Origin: Hominicoprocola fusiformis
Lineage (GTDB): Bacteria; Bacillota; Clostridia; Oscillospirales; Oscillospiraceae
Direction: 5' to 3'
Assembly (NCBI GenBank): GCA_040095065.1
Contig: JBBNGO010000061.1
Location: 1-14,823 of the forward strand
DNA: 14,823 nucleotides
Shown here: positions 13,660 through 14,823 of the stretch, piece after piece
Numbering within the stretch: the first letter of the stretch is position 1
How the letters are laid out: every line of letters starts with the position of its first letter
Made by a program: the position numbers and the translations under genes
Notes under the pieces: model-generated
The model's input: the letters and a program-made list of their open reading frames with translations, nothing else
Told to the model about the DNA's origin: nothing
Database searches by the model: none

Positions 13660-14823
13660 ATGCAGGAAATGAGCAGAAGAAATCAGCACTTTACCGACTC
13701 CGTCATTCGCAGAATGACGCGTATCTCCAACGAATGCGGCGCGATCAACTTAGCGCAGGGCTTCCCCGATTTTGACCCGCCCAAGGAGATGATGGACCGC
13801 CTCGAGGTCGTGAGCCACGAAGGCCCCCATCAGTACCCCATCACGATGGGTGCGCCGAATTTCCGCCAGGCCATCGCGCGCAAATGCGGTCACTTCATGG
13901 GCCGCACCATCGACCCCGAGACCGAGATCGTCGCGACCATCGGCTCGACCGAAGCGATGGTCGACACGCTCTTCGCCCTGACGAATCCGGGCGACCGCGT
14001 CGTGATGTTCTCCCCGTTCTTCGAAAACTACCGCGCACAGGTCATCATGGCCGACTGCGAGCCGGTCTTTGTCCCTCTGAATCCGCCGACGTTCTCCTTT
14101 GACCCGAACGTGCTCGAAGATGCGTTCCGCGGCGGTGCGAAGGCCATCATCATCTGCAATCCCTCGAACCCGAGCGGCAAGGTCTTCACCGAGGAAGAGC
14201 TCAAGACCATCGCCGACCTCTGCATCCGCTACGACGTTTACGCCATCATGGACGAGGTATATGAGCACATCATCTACGACGGCCGCAAGCACGTCTACAT
14301 GAACAGCATCCCCGGCATGTGGGAGCGCACGGTCTCCTGCTCGTCGCTCTCCAAGACCTACTCCGTCACCGGCTGGAGACTCGGCTATGCCATCGCGCCG
14401 GAGAACATCATGGCGCGCATCCGCCAGTACCACGACTTCAACGCCGTCGGCTGCCCGTCGCCTCTGATGGAGGCCGCCGTCGTCGGCCTCAACATGCCGC
14501 TGAGCTACTATGACGAGTTCGGCGCGCACTACGCGCACATGAAAAAAATCTTCACCGAGGGCATGCGCGACATCGGCATCCCCTTCACCGATCCCGAGGG
14601 CACGTACTTCGTGCTGGCCGACATCTCCCCGTACCTCAAGAAGGGCCAGAGCGACGTCGACTTCTGCGAGCAGCTGGCGAGAAAAGCCGGCGTCGGCGCC
14701 GTGCCGGGCAGCTCGTTCTTCAATGAACCGATCAACAATATTGTGCGTCTGCACTTCGCGAAGAAGGATGAGACGCTGTACGCTGCGCTGGATCGGCTGA
14801 ATCATATCAAGGATATGATGTAA
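13660..14823 (+). CDS. Pyridoxal-phosphate-dependent aminotransferase, class I/II (MalY/YbdL/kynurenine-aminotransferase-like)
   Basis: 387 aa from ATG 13660, with GGAAAGGA 10 nt upstream. The track start at 13558 overlaps the promoter and is rejected. Motifs seen: INLAQGFPDF, NPSNPSGKVFT, and the PLP-lysine block SLSKTYSVTGWRLGY. The stop is at 14821-14823. Confidence 0.85.
   Translation: MQEMSRRNQHFTDSVIRRMTRISNECGAINLAQGFPDFDPPKEMMDRLEVVSHEGPHQYPITMGAPNFRQAIARKCGHFMGRTIDPETEIVATIGSTEAMVDTLFALTNPGDRVVMFSPFFENYRAQVIMADCEPVFVPLNPPTFSFDPNVLEDAFRGGAKAIIICNPSNPSGKVFTEEELKTIADLCIRYDVYAIMDEVYEHIIYDGRKHVYMNSIPGMWERTVSCSSLSKTYSVTGWRLGYAIAPENIMARIRQYHDFNAVGCPSPLMEAAVVGLNMPLSYYDEFGAHYAHMKKIFTEGMRDIGIPFTDPEGTYFVLADISPYLKKGQSDVDFCEQLARKAGVGAVPGSSFFNEPINNIVRLHFAKKDETLYAALDRLNHIKDMM

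Noticed and set aside
1-14823. Search for CRISPR arrays, tRNA/rRNA genes, riboswitches/T-boxes, toxin-antitoxin pairs or defence-system gene signatures.
   Set aside because: There are no regularly spaced repeats, no cloverleaf-compatible segments and no rRNA-like conserved stretches. Leaders are too short (about 30-75 nt) for T-box or typical riboswitch structures. Every sizeable ORF is accounted for by sporulation, repair, recombination or central-metabolism families.

Overview
High-GC chromosomal segment whose gene content points to a spore-forming member of the Clostridia (taxonomy is inference only). Left to right: (1) a minus-strand cotJ spore-coat operon, with CotJC preceded by a single ORF that fuses CotJA-like and CotJB-like halves. 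(2) A divergent cwlD-like amidase followed by radA. (3) A ~480-bp AT-rich, palindrome-dense spacer. (4) A Xer-family tyrosine recombinase. (5) A split transketolase (N and C subunits). (6) A class II fructose-bisphosphate aldolase plus a phosphofructokinase with pyrophosphate-type signature residues. (7) A minus-strand block holding an amber-interrupted secreted-protein gene, spoIVA, a SipL-like SPOCS/LysM protein, a 26-codon spoVM that the ORF track hides inside a spurious 118-aa frame, and a 62-aa two-TM protein. (8) A class I/II aminotransferase. I saw no rRNA, tRNA, CRISPR array, transposase or recognisable defence genes, and no convincing wholly novel multi-gene system. The observations most worth follow-up are: (a) the contiguous small-membrane-protein/spoVM/sipL/spoIVA coat-basement-layer module; (b) a perfect 36-bp palindrome with 11-6-11 dif-like architecture 266 bp upstream of the recombinase gene; (c) the in-frame TAG in the secreted-protein gene; (d) the CotJA-CotJB fusion. 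Many long antisense ORFs in the track are high-GC shadow frames and were rejected.
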